Positions 1 through 8,261 of a stretch of 64,000 bases of DNA are shown in pieces. Positions within the stretch are counted from its first letter, which is position 1; each line of letters starts with the position of its first letter. This DNA is from an uncultured Chloroflexia bacterium. Lineage in GTDB: Bacteria > Chloroflexota > Limnocylindria > Limnocylindrales > CSP1-4. A program made the translations under genes and the position numbers. The stretch covers positions 5,326 to 69,325 of the forward strand of contig CAWGBA010000008.1 in NCBI GenBank assembly GCA_963820735.1, read 5' to 3'. Below the pieces are notes generated by a model. The model was not told where the DNA came from. It saw only the letters and a list, made by a program, of their open reading frames with translations, and did no database searches.

Positions 1-221
1 CAACGTGTGCCGTCACCGACACTCTCGTTGATCCCGAAGAGGATCAGGCCATCACCGCCTGCGCTCGTTTCCTGTGAGGCGGAAGGTGCCGACACGCTCG
101 TGGAAGGCGTTGGCGCGCTCTGGCCGAGCACAGGATTGGTCGCCGTCAGCGCCCAGACGACTACGCTGGTCACGACCGCGGCGGTGATCATCGCGCGAGC
201 AGCGTTCGACGGATATCGCAT
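1..221 (-). CDS. 5' part of a secreted TolB/PD40-like protein (runs off the window start); paralog of 10477-11598 and 11809-12990
   Basis: Manual translation MRYPSNAARAMITAAVVTSVVVWALTATNPVLGQ...GGDGLILFG matches the paralog N-terminus MRSRSLTARAIITVAVATSV...GDGLILF; GGAGG upstream. Confidence 0.75.
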   Translation of the reverse strand, partial: MRYPSNAARAMITAAVVTSVVVWALTATNPVLGQSAPTPSTSVSAPSASQETSAGGDGLILFGINESVGDGTR

Positions 222-375
222 CTCTACCGACCCTCCGGTTGCAGCGTGTTGGGCAGACCCAGTCCAGCAACTGGTACTGGTCGACTGCGTGGCAGCTCGT
301 TGGCCGTCCCGCCGACGTTGCGGGGTGCTCTCCAAGCTATTCGACGGCGGCTGCCGACGAGACGTCCATGCCCAT

Positions 376-402
376 CAGATGCCGCAGGGGCCGACGAGGT
401 TC
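376..402 (-). promoter_or_regulatory. Candidate ECF-sigma promoter GAACC-N16-CATCTG
   Basis: Same blocks and spacing at 11755-11781 and (CGTCAG) 14766-14792, while the spacer varies; GAAC/CGTC-type boxes are typical of ECF promoters. Confidence 0.4.
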
Positions 403-618
403 AGCACGGCGCGCAGGTTCATCGCGGCGGGGACGGACCGGGCCGCGTGATTCTTCGGTCGTGCGGCCTGTCCGACGGGTCGAGCTACACCGACGGACGG
501 CAGGGGACCGGACGCTGACCCTCCAATCGCAGGCATGACGACTGGCTGACCGTAGATGCCGGGTGAACGCCGATCAATAGGGCGGTTCGCGGGAGCCCTG
601 AAGCACACGGCAGTCAGT

Positions 619-685
619 TCACGCCGCGTACCAAGCGAGCAGATCCACTTCGGTTATAGGCGGTTCGAGTCTGTCCGGGGCGCAC
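619..685 (+). repeat. tRNA-3'-fragment repeat copy 1 (att-like)
   Basis: TCACGCCGCGTACCAAGCGAG...GGCGG-TTCGAGT-CTGTC-CGGGGCGCAC; T-arm pairs with G:U wobbles. Confidence 0.8.
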
Positions 686-811
686 TCATGCCCCAAATAG
701 TCGCCCCTTCCCGACACGATCGGTTGGGGCGGGACGGACGCTCCTTGCCGCGGCGCGATGACCGCAGGCGCTTCGGGCCGTACCTGACGAAGAGGAACCA
801 GAGCGCACCTG

Positions 812-829
812 TGTGCTATCTTCAGCACA
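812..829. promoter_or_regulatory. Inverted repeat TGTGCT-N6-AGCACA, likely vapBC autoregulatory operator over a leaderless start
   Basis: Palindrome overlaps a TATCTT -10-like box and the ATG; no SD sequence. Confidence 0.5.
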
Positions 830-1068
830 TGCGCACGCACATTGAAATGGACGATGCCCTGATTCGGCGCATCGATGCGGTCGCCGGCCGCCGGATGCGC
901 AGCCAGTTCGTGCGCGAGGCCGTCGAGGTGGCTCTTGATCAGGCGGAGCGAACACGCCGCCTGCTCGCGTCGTCAGGTTCCATCCCCGACCAGGGCCATG
1001 CATGGGATGACGATCCTGCGGGTTGGGTTCGCGCCCAGCGTCGCGGCGATGTGCGTCGCGTCGGGTGA
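829..1068 (+). CDS. vapB: VapB-type (RHH/CopG-like) antitoxin
   Basis: MRTHIEMDDALIRRID...RSQFVREAV; GTGA overlap with the downstream PIN gene. Confidence 0.85.
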   Translation: MRTHIEMDDALIRRIDAVAGRRMRSQFVREAVEVALDQAERTRRLLASSGSIPDQGHAWDDDPAGWVRAQRRGDVRRVG

Positions 1069-1451
1069 GCCTGGTCCTCGACACGACGGTCCTGATCGAT
1101 CACCTGCGCGGGCGGTCGGCCGCCGTGCGCGTGGCCGAACTTGCCGAGGGCGGCGAGGTCCTTGCAACGACGGCGATCAATGTCGAGGAGGTCGTGCGCG
1201 GCCTCAGGCAGGAAGAGCAGGATGCCGCCGACCAGCTGTTCGTGGGCCTCATCGTGCTCCCAATCGGCCTCGAAGAGGGTCGTCGTGCTGGCACGTGGCG
1301 ACGAGAGCATGCATCGCGCGGCGTCACTCTGAGTCAGGCCGATTGCCTGATCGCCGCCGCGGTCGTATCACTCGGGGCGAGGCTGGCGACGGGAAATCCC
1401 AAGGACTTCCCGATGATCGTCGACCGCGTCGATGTCTGGCCCGTGGGCTGA
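1065..1451 (+). CDS. vapC: VapC PIN-domain toxin
   Basis: LVLDTTVLID, EEVVRG, SQADCLIAAA, LATGNPKDF acidic PIN motifs. Confidence 0.9.
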   Translation: MSLVLDTTVLIDHLRGRSAAVRVAELAEGGEVLATTAINVEEVVRGLRQEEQDAADQLFVGLIVLPIGLEEGRRAGTWRREHASRGVTLSQADCLIAAAVVSLGARLATGNPKDFPMIVDRVDVWPVG

Positions 1452-1495
1452 GCCCGTCCATGACGAGTGCCCGATCCGGTCATCAAGTCTGACGG

Positions 1496-1566
1496 CTACG
1501 CGGCGTACCAAGCGAGGGGATCGTCCTGCGCACCCCGTGGGGGTCCGAGTCCGTCCGGGGGCGCCA
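1496..1566 (+). repeat. tRNA-3'-fragment repeat copy 2
   Basis: CTACGCGGCGTACCAAGCGAGGGGATCGTCCTGCGC...TCCGAGT-CCGTC-CGGGGGC-G-CCA. Confidence 0.85.
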
Positions 1567-1617
1567 GTTCCAGCCGTTTAGAGCGTCCCGTTTCGAGTCT
1601 GCCCACAACGTACGATC

Positions 1618-2097
1618 GTGAGCATGCCAGGTGAGGCGCTTCTCTTGGGGATCGCGACGATCGCCGTCGCGGTGGCCGGGTTCACCGCCGTGACGTCTAC
1701 CCTCGTACCGGGCGGCGGCTCGTGGAGTCCGGCCATGCGCATCCGACAGCGGGCGATCGTCTCGACGAGCTTCAACGTCGTGTTCGAGAGCCTCGTGCCC
1801 TTGATCGCGTTCGAATGGCTGGGTGATGTCCATGCGGCCGTCGTCGTCGCGAGCGCCGGCGTCGCCATCTACGCGACCGGTGTCGTCGCGTATCGGGGCC
1901 GCCAGTTCGTTCGCGCGGGTGGTTACCGGACGCGCTCAAGCCTGGTGCTCTTCTCGCTTGGGCCGACGGCAACCGTGCTCTTCGCCGCGAATGCGCTGGT
2001 TTTCGCCTCGGTTGCGGTATACGCACTGGCGCTCTGTGTTCAGCTATCCGTCGCGGTGATCAGCTTTTACACGCTCGTGTCGGCTGCACAGAGCTGA
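1618..2097 (+). CDS. Hypothetical multi-pass membrane protein
   Basis: About five hydrophobic segments; start may be ATG 1624; C-terminus duplicated at 38893-39003. Confidence 0.75.
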   Translation: MSMPGEALLLGIATIAVAVAGFTAVTSTLVPGGGSWSPAMRIRQRAIVSTSFNVVFESLVPLIAFEWLGDVHAAVVVASAGVAIYATGVVAYRGRQFVRAGGYRTRSSLVLFSLGPTATVLFAANALVFASVAVYALALCVQLSVAVISFYTLVSAAQS

Positions 2098-2222
2098 CTG
2101 GATCGCACCCAACCTGCGCGCACAGGGTTCCCGGATCAACGACGAAGACCATGAAGGCCGACTGACTGCGGTCGAGCGCGGGCGAACTTGGAGTCCCAGG
2201 GTCATCTCCAAGCTCGAGCACT

Positions 2223-3518
2223 CTATTCGGTCGTCTCCGGACGAAGGGTTGTTTCGGGCGGTTCCCCTCCATGCGGCAGTGACTGACTCTCGGTTGGGGT
2301 TGGGTGCAGTTCTGCCGCCACGGTCGACCAATTGCTTCCTGTGTCGTCACTCCATTGGATGGCCAGCGGCAAGACATCAGGTCTGACGCCCAGCCACGCA
2401 CCGGTCGCAGCCTCTGATCCGATGATCCACGGCTGGGGCGTGCTCGTGAGTGGCGTCGTGGAGACGTTCCGCCACGTCTTGCCGGCGTCAAGGGTCTGGA
2501 GCAACGATCCGCCGAGGCACCAGATCAGGCCGCTCCCATCGGCGTGCATCTCGATGTCCATCGGCAGATCGGACGTCGCGAGCGTCATGTCGTCCCGGGG
2601 ATCGAGCGGCCCAACCACGGAGACCGCCTCCCATGTCGCGCCGGCGTCAGTCGTCTCCATGACCATGCGCTGTTCGACGGGAAACGAGCCGCCGACGTAG
2701 CGCTCGCACAGGACCCAGCCATGGACTGCGGATACGAAGCTGATCCCGACTGCGCGCGGATCGCCGGCAGTCGTTGGGGTGCCACACGGCATGGCAGCCG
2801 GAACCGGGTTCCACGTGTATCCACCGTCGGCGGACCGCACGATCGACGAGTAGAACTCTGGTGTCCGACGGAGCGCAAACCCATGCTCTTCGTCACCAAA
2901 CGAGATCGAAGTCAGCGCTTCAGGCGACACCTTCACCCACGAACGACCCAAATCCGCGCTTTCGAAGAGAGCCGGCCCAAGTCTCGAGCCGATGCTTCCA
3001 CCAACGGCCCACGCGTGCGAGCCGTTGATCACGAGGTCCGTGCTACGCGCGACATCGAGCGAAGCGACCGTCCAGGTGACACCATCATTCATCGTCCGCC
3101 ACACCGCAGCGTTGTTGTGGATGTTGCCGGCTACGAGTCCGTCGGCTGCGTTGAAGTACGCAATCGCAGTCGGGTCGCTTGGAAACGCGGACGGCTGGTT
3201 CGCGACGATCGCCGAAGCTACGGGACTCGCCAGATCCGACGATGGGCTCGCTACTGAGGCTGCGCGACGGTCCCCGGCCGCGAAGGCAATGGCAAGTGCG
3301 GCAGCCACGACCACGGCCGTCGCAACCAATCCAAACCTCGGGATGGTGCTGCGACTCGCGCCGCGACGAACAGGAGTTGCGACCGGCCTGGCAGAGGCGG
3401 TGACTAGTTCCGCCTCCATACGAGAGACATAGCCCGACGGAGCGGGTCCGGGATCGAGGCGAGCGTAGTAGCCGCGCAACCCGTCTTCGGTCGGTGCAAG
3501 GGGCTGGGGGTCAGTCAC
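2223..3518 (-). CDS. Anti-sigma-like membrane protein with extracellular BNR/YCF48-like (sialidase-type) repeats
   Basis: GTGA overlap with the ECF gene; short N-domain, one TM helix, repeated (T/S)xDxGxTW motifs. Confidence 0.75.
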   Translation of the reverse strand: MTDPQPLAPTEDGLRGYYARLDPGPAPSGYVSRMEAELVTASARPVATPVRRGASRSTIPRFGLVATAVVVAAALAIAFAAGDRRAASVASPSSDLASPVASAIVANQPSAFPSDPTAIAYFNAADGLVAGNIHNNAAVWRTMNDGVTWTVASLDVARSTDLVINGSHAWAVGGSIGSRLGPALFESADLGRSWVKVSPEALTSISFGDEEHGFALRRTPEFYSSIVRSADGGYTWNPVPAAMPCGTPTTAGDPRAVGISFVSAVHGWVLCERYVGGSFPVEQRMVMETTDAGATWEAVSVVGPLDPRDDMTLATSDLPMDIEMHADGSGLIWCLGGSLLQTLDAGKTWRNVSTTPLTSTPQPWIIGSEAATGAWLGVRPDVLPLAIQWSDDTGSNWSTVAAELHPTPTESQSLPHGGEPPETTLRPETTE

Positions 3519-4096
3519 GCGGGCCACACCAAGCCCTCCTCGACGCGCTGCTCGGCGGCGAGCGCGGCGTCCATGCGCCGGAGCGCGGCGTGCAGCCGGC
3601 TCTTGACCGTGCCCTGACGTAACGCAAGTCGATCGGCGATCTGCGGCACCGATAGGTCTGCGCCGTAGCGGAGCGCGAGAAGCACCTGGTCGTCGCGATG
3701 GAGACGTCCGAGGGCAGCTGCTACGGTGTCTCGAACGGGCTCCTGTCGGGCAACAGCAGGACCGTCCGGCATCGCAACGGCTGCGATCAACGGTGCTGCA
3801 CGTGGTCGGCGGCTACGTCGTCGCAGCTCATCTCTGCACACGTTCACGACGATCCTGCCGAACCAGGCGTCGATCGCTGAGACGTCACGCAGTGCACTCC
3901 GACGACTCCACGCCAGCATCGCGGCCTCCTGTACCGCATCCTCAGCCGCTTCGAGGTCGTGCAGGATCCACGTGGCAACTCGCCGGGCCTCATCCAATCG
4001 CTCGACGATCAGATGAACCATCTCCTCGTGATCGAGCGTGTGCGGATCCGCGTTCGTGCCGCCATTCGAGCCTGATTTCGTCCGCTCAACTCCCAC
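3515..4096 (-). CDS. ECF RNA polymerase sigma factor
   Basis: AAEDAVQEAAMLAW, DAWFGRIVVNVCRD, LALRQGTVKSRLHAA (regions 2 and 4); start GTG 4096 inferred from the promoter position. Confidence 0.9.
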   Translation of the reverse strand: MGVERTKSGSNGGTNADPHTLDHEEMVHLIVERLDEARRVATWILHDLEAAEDAVQEAAMLAWSRRSALRDVSAIDAWFGRIVVNVCRDELRRRSRRPRAAPLIAAVAMPDGPAVARQEPVRDTVAAALGRLHRDDQVLLALRYGADLSVPQIADRLALRQGTVKSRLHAALRRMDAALAAEQRVEEGLVWPA

Positions 4097-4104
4097 TACT
4101 GGAA

Positions 4105-4132
4105 TTGACGCTCGCGCAAGCGGCAAACGTTC
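4105..4132 (-). promoter_or_regulatory. Candidate autoregulatory ECF promoter GAACG-N17-CGTCAA
   Basis: Motif lies just upstream of the inferred GTG start. Confidence 0.45.
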
Positions 4133-4251
4133 GTTTATCGAAGCTAATGGCGAATATGGCTGCCGCCGGGTCCATGCGACGCGCCACCCGACGTCACGAG
4201 GCAATCCCGACGTTCATGCACCAACGACGTCGCTGCGTGCTGGATGCAGCC

Positions 4252-4324
4252 TCACGCCGCGTACCAGGCAAGGGGACCGTCTTGCGCATCCCTGCGGTTT
4301 GTTCGAGTCCGTCCGGGGGTGCCA
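4252..4324 (+). repeat. tRNA-3'-fragment repeat copy 3
   Basis: TCACGCCGCGTACCAGGCAAGGGGACCGTCTTGCGC...TTCGAGT-CCGTC-CGGGGGT-G-CCA. Confidence 0.85.
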
Positions 4325-4600
4325 GGCTCCCGCGGACGACGGAGAACCCCACGATCGTCGCGGGCGCTGCGGAAGCCAAAGGGATCACTGCCACGTTGTC
4401 GCCCATCGAGGAATACCAGCGTGACCTTGACAGGGGACTTCGCGCAGCGCGCACGTGCGATCGGGACTGATGGTTGAGGGACACGAGCGCTACAAGCTCG
4501 CGATCCCCGAGAGACACCTTGACCCAAGGCTGATCATCGCGTAAGCGCCGGCTGACTCCGCCGTGGACGACCGCCAGGCGAGTTGTTGAGGTGCGGTGTC

Positions 4601-5398
4601 ATGGCGCTCGATGGAACACTCCGCCGCAGCCGCAGGAACGTCCTCTCTGCGGCGGCTGCAGCCATGGTGGGAGCCGCCGCAGCCACCTTGGCCGGCGCCC
4701 AGGCGGTGCTGGCCAGCAGCGATGACGGCAAGACCATCCACGTGGGCGACAACTACCAGCACGTGCGAGCAACCACGGAACTCCACAATCGCGCGAACAA
4801 TCAGTCGGTGGTCTCGGCAGTTGCGAGCCACGGGGGAACCGCCCTGTACGGCTTCAGTGGGTACGGCGGCGGAGCGACTGGCGAGAGCACCTCGGGGACC
4901 GGTGTCTACGGGGCGAGCCAGACGGGCAGGGGCGTATACGGCTGGAGCGTCGGGGACTGTGGCGTCTTCGGCTACAGCAGCTCCAACTCTGTCCCCGCGA
5001 GTCTGGCCTGGTCCTACGGCAACAGTACCGGTGTGCAGGGCCACAGCGGCACCAGCAACGCGCCTGCAGCACCGCTCAAGACGGGCGTGTATGGCTATGC
5101 CAACCAGGACGCCACCGCGATCGGAGCGCTCGGCGAGAGCCCGGTCGGCACGGGCATCCTCGGCAACAGCACCTCGGGCACGGGCATCCTCGGTACGAGC
5201 ACCTCGGGTGCCGGGGTGCGCGGCAACAGCAGCTCGCACCGCGGCGGCATCTTCACGAGCCCCGTCGCCCAGCTGCGGCTGTACCCCGCGAGCGCCGCTA
5301 CGCATCCCTCGTCGGGCCTGGTTGGTGATCTCTTCCTGGACTCTGCCGGCAACCTCTGGCTGTGCAAGGGCACAACCACCTGGGTCAAGCTGGGATGA
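4601..5398 (+). CDS. Tat-signal Gly-rich (GVxG-repeat) secreted protein, paralog 1
   Basis: RRSRRNVL twin-Arg signal, GVYG/GILG repeats, C-terminal AQLRLYP...GDLFLD...LWLCKG...W. Confidence 0.8.
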   Translation: MALDGTLRRSRRNVLSAAAAAMVGAAAATLAGAQAVLASSDDGKTIHVGDNYQHVRATTELHNRANNQSVVSAVASHGGTALYGFSGYGGGATGESTSGTGVYGASQTGRGVYGWSVGDCGVFGYSSSNSVPASLAWSYGNSTGVQGHSGTSNAPAAPLKTGVYGYANQDATAIGALGESPVGTGILGNSTSGTGILGTSTSGAGVRGNSSSHRGGIFTSPVAQLRLYPASAATHPSSGLVGDLFLDSAGNLWLCKGTTTWVKLG

Positions 5399-5515
5399 CA
5401 ACGACGCCCTACGTGACGTGGCCATCCGCGTAGCCTTGGTGTCGTGACCCACCCGAAGGTCACGCGGTCCACCTTCAAGATCCTCAGGCCGCATGCGCAC
5501 CTGACGACATCTCAG

Positions 5516-5532
5516 TGCTATCATTGATAGCA
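5516..5532. promoter_or_regulatory. FitAB-type operator TGCTATCA-T-TGATAGCA
   Basis: Perfect 8-bp inverted repeat just upstream of the SD of the fitA-like gene; TGCTATCA is the known Neisseria FitAB half-site. Confidence 0.7.
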
Positions 5533-5544
5533 AGGAGGTTGGTC

Positions 5545-5778
5545 GTGACGAAGCAACTCGTCGTGCGCAACGTTGATGAGGGTCTCGTTCGCGCTCTCAA
5601 GCGGCGCGCTTCAAAACATGGGCGCTCGGCCGAGGCAGAGCATCGCGAGATCCTCCGCAGTGCCCTGATTGGGGACCTCGAGCGACTGTCGTTCAAAGAG
5701 GCGCTGACCTCGATGCCCGACGTGGGTCGTGATCAGGACTTCATCTTCGTCCGGGACCTGCCGCGCGACATCGCATGA
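5545..5778 (+). CDS. FitA-like RHH antitoxin
   Basis: KQLVVRNVDEGLVRALKRRASKHGRSAEAEHREIL; GGAGG SD; ATGA overlap with the toxin. Confidence 0.9.
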   Translation: MTKQLVVRNVDEGLVRALKRRASKHGRSAEAEHREILRSALIGDLERLSFKEALTSMPDVGRDQDFIFVRDLPRDIA

Positions 5779-6185
5779 GCTGGCTGCTCGACACCAACAT
5801 CGTCTCGGAGCTTCGGAAGGCCGAGCGAGCCAATCAAGGCGTCCGAGAGTGGTTCGCAGAGGTTGAAGAAGAGTCACTGTTCACGAGCGTGCTCGTGGTG
5901 GGCGAGCTTCGCCGGGGAATCGAGTCGGTCCGCCGTCGAGACGTGCCGTCCGCACTGGCTCTGGACCACTGGCTGGCCAATCTCACGGATGCGTTCGCAG
6001 ACCGCATCCTGCCGGTGGATCGGCAGGTCGCTGAGCAGTGGGGCCGTCTGAACGTTCCGAACCCAGTCCCCACCGTCGATGGCCTGCTTGCGGCGACGTC
6101 ACTCGTCCATGGCCTGACGCTCGTGACCAGGAACACTCGCGACGTGGCTCGCACCGGAGTTCCTGTGCTCGATCCAACAACCTGA
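5775..6185 (+). CDS. vapC: FitB/VapC PIN toxin
   Basis: WLLDTNIVSEL, GELRRGIE, VDGLLAAT, LTLVTRNTRD. Confidence 0.92.
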   Translation: MSWLLDTNIVSELRKAERANQGVREWFAEVEEESLFTSVLVVGELRRGIESVRRRDVPSALALDHWLANLTDAFADRILPVDRQVAEQWGRLNVPNPVPTVDGLLAATSLVHGLTLVTRNTRDVARTGVPVLDPTT

Positions 6186-6400
6186 TAGGCACAACGTTGG
6201 CGGTGACAACGAACGGAACCACGTTCGACACGTAGCTCGTTTGCCAGCTGACGCCACCTCAGGCCCCCACGGGATCAGGTGGGACATCGAGACCCCCTTC
6301 GGACCGTCCTGATCGCGACGTCATTGGTCTGCGAACTAGGCTAGTGTGCCGGGCGACGGGATCGAGCGGCACGCTCGTCCGAGGACGAGAAAGGGATCCC

Positions 6401-8200
6401 ATGGGCGCAATGCGTCACCGGTTCGGCGTTGGTTTGACCCTGATTGCTGGGGTGCTGGTGGCTGCGGCGATGACCACGTCGGCGGTCACCGCGGCGGCCA
6501 CGCCGTCCACGGTCACGACCTGGGTCGCCAGGCCCTCCTGCTCCAGGCCAGCACAAGGCCGGATGACATGCTTCGCGATGCACCTGGTTCAAAAGCGAGT
6601 GCCCGCCGCGATGGCTCGTGGCGCGAGCACACGGCGGGTGACCGCGTCGCTGCCGAAGATTGCGGTCGGACTGGGCGGTGGGTACACGCCCGGTGACCTC
6701 GCAACCGCGTACGGTGTCAACCCGAATGCTGCGACCAACCAGGTGGTTGCCATCGTCGATGCATATGACGATCCGAACGTCAGATCGGAACTGAACGCGT
6801 TCAATAGCCACTACGGGTTGCCGCCCGAAACGGCGAGCTCTTTCAGGGTCGTCAACCAGTTGGGTGGCACGCAGCTTTCGGCGACGCCGGATAGTGGCTG
6901 GGCTGCCGAGATTGCGCTTGACGCTCAGGCGGTCCGAGGCCTCTGCCACAAGTGCAGGATCGTTGTCGTCGAGGCAGACGATTCCGACTCAACGAATCTC
7001 GGGACCGCGGTGAGCACGGCAGCAACGACCATACACGCGAACATCATCACCAACTCGTACGGCGGTAGCGGCATCGACCCTGCCGACCAGGCCAAATACG
7101 ACCACCCGGGCGTCGCGATCCTCGCCTCCACCGGGGACGACGGTTGGTACGACTATGACCAGATCAACCCTGGAGATCACTCGGGCCGCGGTCCGGGCGC
7201 CCCGGAGGTCCCGGCAGCGCTGAGCACGGTCATAGCCGTCGGCGGCACTTCCCTGTATTTGAATGACGACGCGACACGGTTGCGTGAAGACGTATGGAAT
7301 TCGAACGGCCCGAAGGACTACTACGGTTTTGTCGCAGGGTTGACGGGTGCCACGGGTGGCGGCTGCAGCTCGGACTATGCCGCGCCGGGCTGGCAGAAGA
7401 GTGTTGCCGGATACAGCACGCTGGGCTGCGCGACCGGCAAGCGGTCCGCCACCGACATTGCTGCCATCGGGGACCCGTTCACGGGTTTCGACATCTACCG
7501 CAGCTACGGCGTCAACACACCGGGATGGTCGACCTACGGCGGGACATCTTTGGCATCGCCGGTGGTCGCGGCGCTCTGGGCGCTTGCCGGGGGACCTGGT
7601 GCCGTCAAGTATCCAGCCCTTTCCCTGTACGGCCACTTCAAGTCGGACACGACCAGGCATCTGTTCGACGTCGCGTTCGGCGGGAATGGGCTATGCGACA
7701 CGGCAGGGACGGCTTCGTGCGCCGGAAACTGGGCCGGCGTAACCGGCAATCCAAACGTCGACACTGGATTTGGACCGGTCGACTGCGCGTGGGATTTCAC
7801 AACGCCCGGTCCGGTAACGCCACTCATCAATCGCAGCCAGTGCTACGCGAAGGCCGGCTATGACGGCCCATCGGGGGTTGGTGCGCCGATCGGCCTGAAT
7901 GCCTTCACGCCGTTGTTCCCGACCGTCGTGATCAAGCCGCCTGCCACGATGACGCACAACGTGTCCGCCACCTTCTCAGGCGCCGGTTCGAGCGATCCAT
8001 TTCCCGGCGGCGTCCTGACGCCAGGCGCGACAAACGTGCAGTACCGCTGGAACTGGGGCGACGGGCACGTCGACACCATCACCAACAGCACGTCCGCGAC
8101 GCACAGATATACGGCCCCCGGTCGGAAGACGATCACGCTGTCCATCACCGACAACTACGGTCAGGTCGGACGAAAGCAACTCGTCGTCACGATCCATTGA
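6401..8200 (+). CDS. Secreted S53/S8 subtilase-family protease with C-terminal PKD domain
   Basis: Signal peptide; EIALDAQAV, ASTGDDG, GGTSLASP; WNWGDG...HRYTAPG PKD motif. Confidence 0.85.
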   Translation: MGAMRHRFGVGLTLIAGVLVAAAMTTSAVTAAATPSTVTTWVARPSCSRPAQGRMTCFAMHLVQKRVPAAMARGASTRRVTASLPKIAVGLGGGYTPGDLATAYGVNPNAATNQVVAIVDAYDDPNVRSELNAFNSHYGLPPETASSFRVVNQLGGTQLSATPDSGWAAEIALDAQAVRGLCHKCRIVVVEADDSDSTNLGTAVSTAATTIHANIITNSYGGSGIDPADQAKYDHPGVAILASTGDDGWYDYDQINPGDHSGRGPGAPEVPAALSTVIAVGGTSLYLNDDATRLREDVWNSNGPKDYYGFVAGLTGATGGGCSSDYAAPGWQKSVAGYSTLGCATGKRSATDIAAIGDPFTGFDIYRSYGVNTPGWSTYGGTSLASPVVAALWALAGGPGAVKYPALSLYGHFKSDTTRHLFDVAFGGNGLCDTAGTASCAGNWAGVTGNPNVDTGFGPVDCAWDFTTPGPVTPLINRSQCYAKAGYDGPSGVGAPIGLNAFTPLFPTVVIKPPATMTHNVSATFSGAGSSDPFPGGVLTPGATNVQYRWNWGDGHVDTITNSTSATHRYTAPGRKTITLSITDNYGQVGRKQLVVTIH

Positions 8201-8261
8201 GCGAGTCGTCATCCCGACGCGCTGCATCGCCCGCATCAGACAGCGGACTGCACGGCGCCGG

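Noticed and set aside
447-500. VILRSCGLSDGSSYTDG resembling a GIY-YIG N-terminus (YILRCADGSLYTG)
   Set aside because: Match too short and gapped, with no continuation.
1497-1507. Palindrome TACGC-N-GCGTA as a protein-binding site in the repeat
   Set aside because: It is broken in copies 1 and 3 exactly where the antisense stop changes from TAG to TGA, so coding for YAA* explains it better. A binding role is not excluded.
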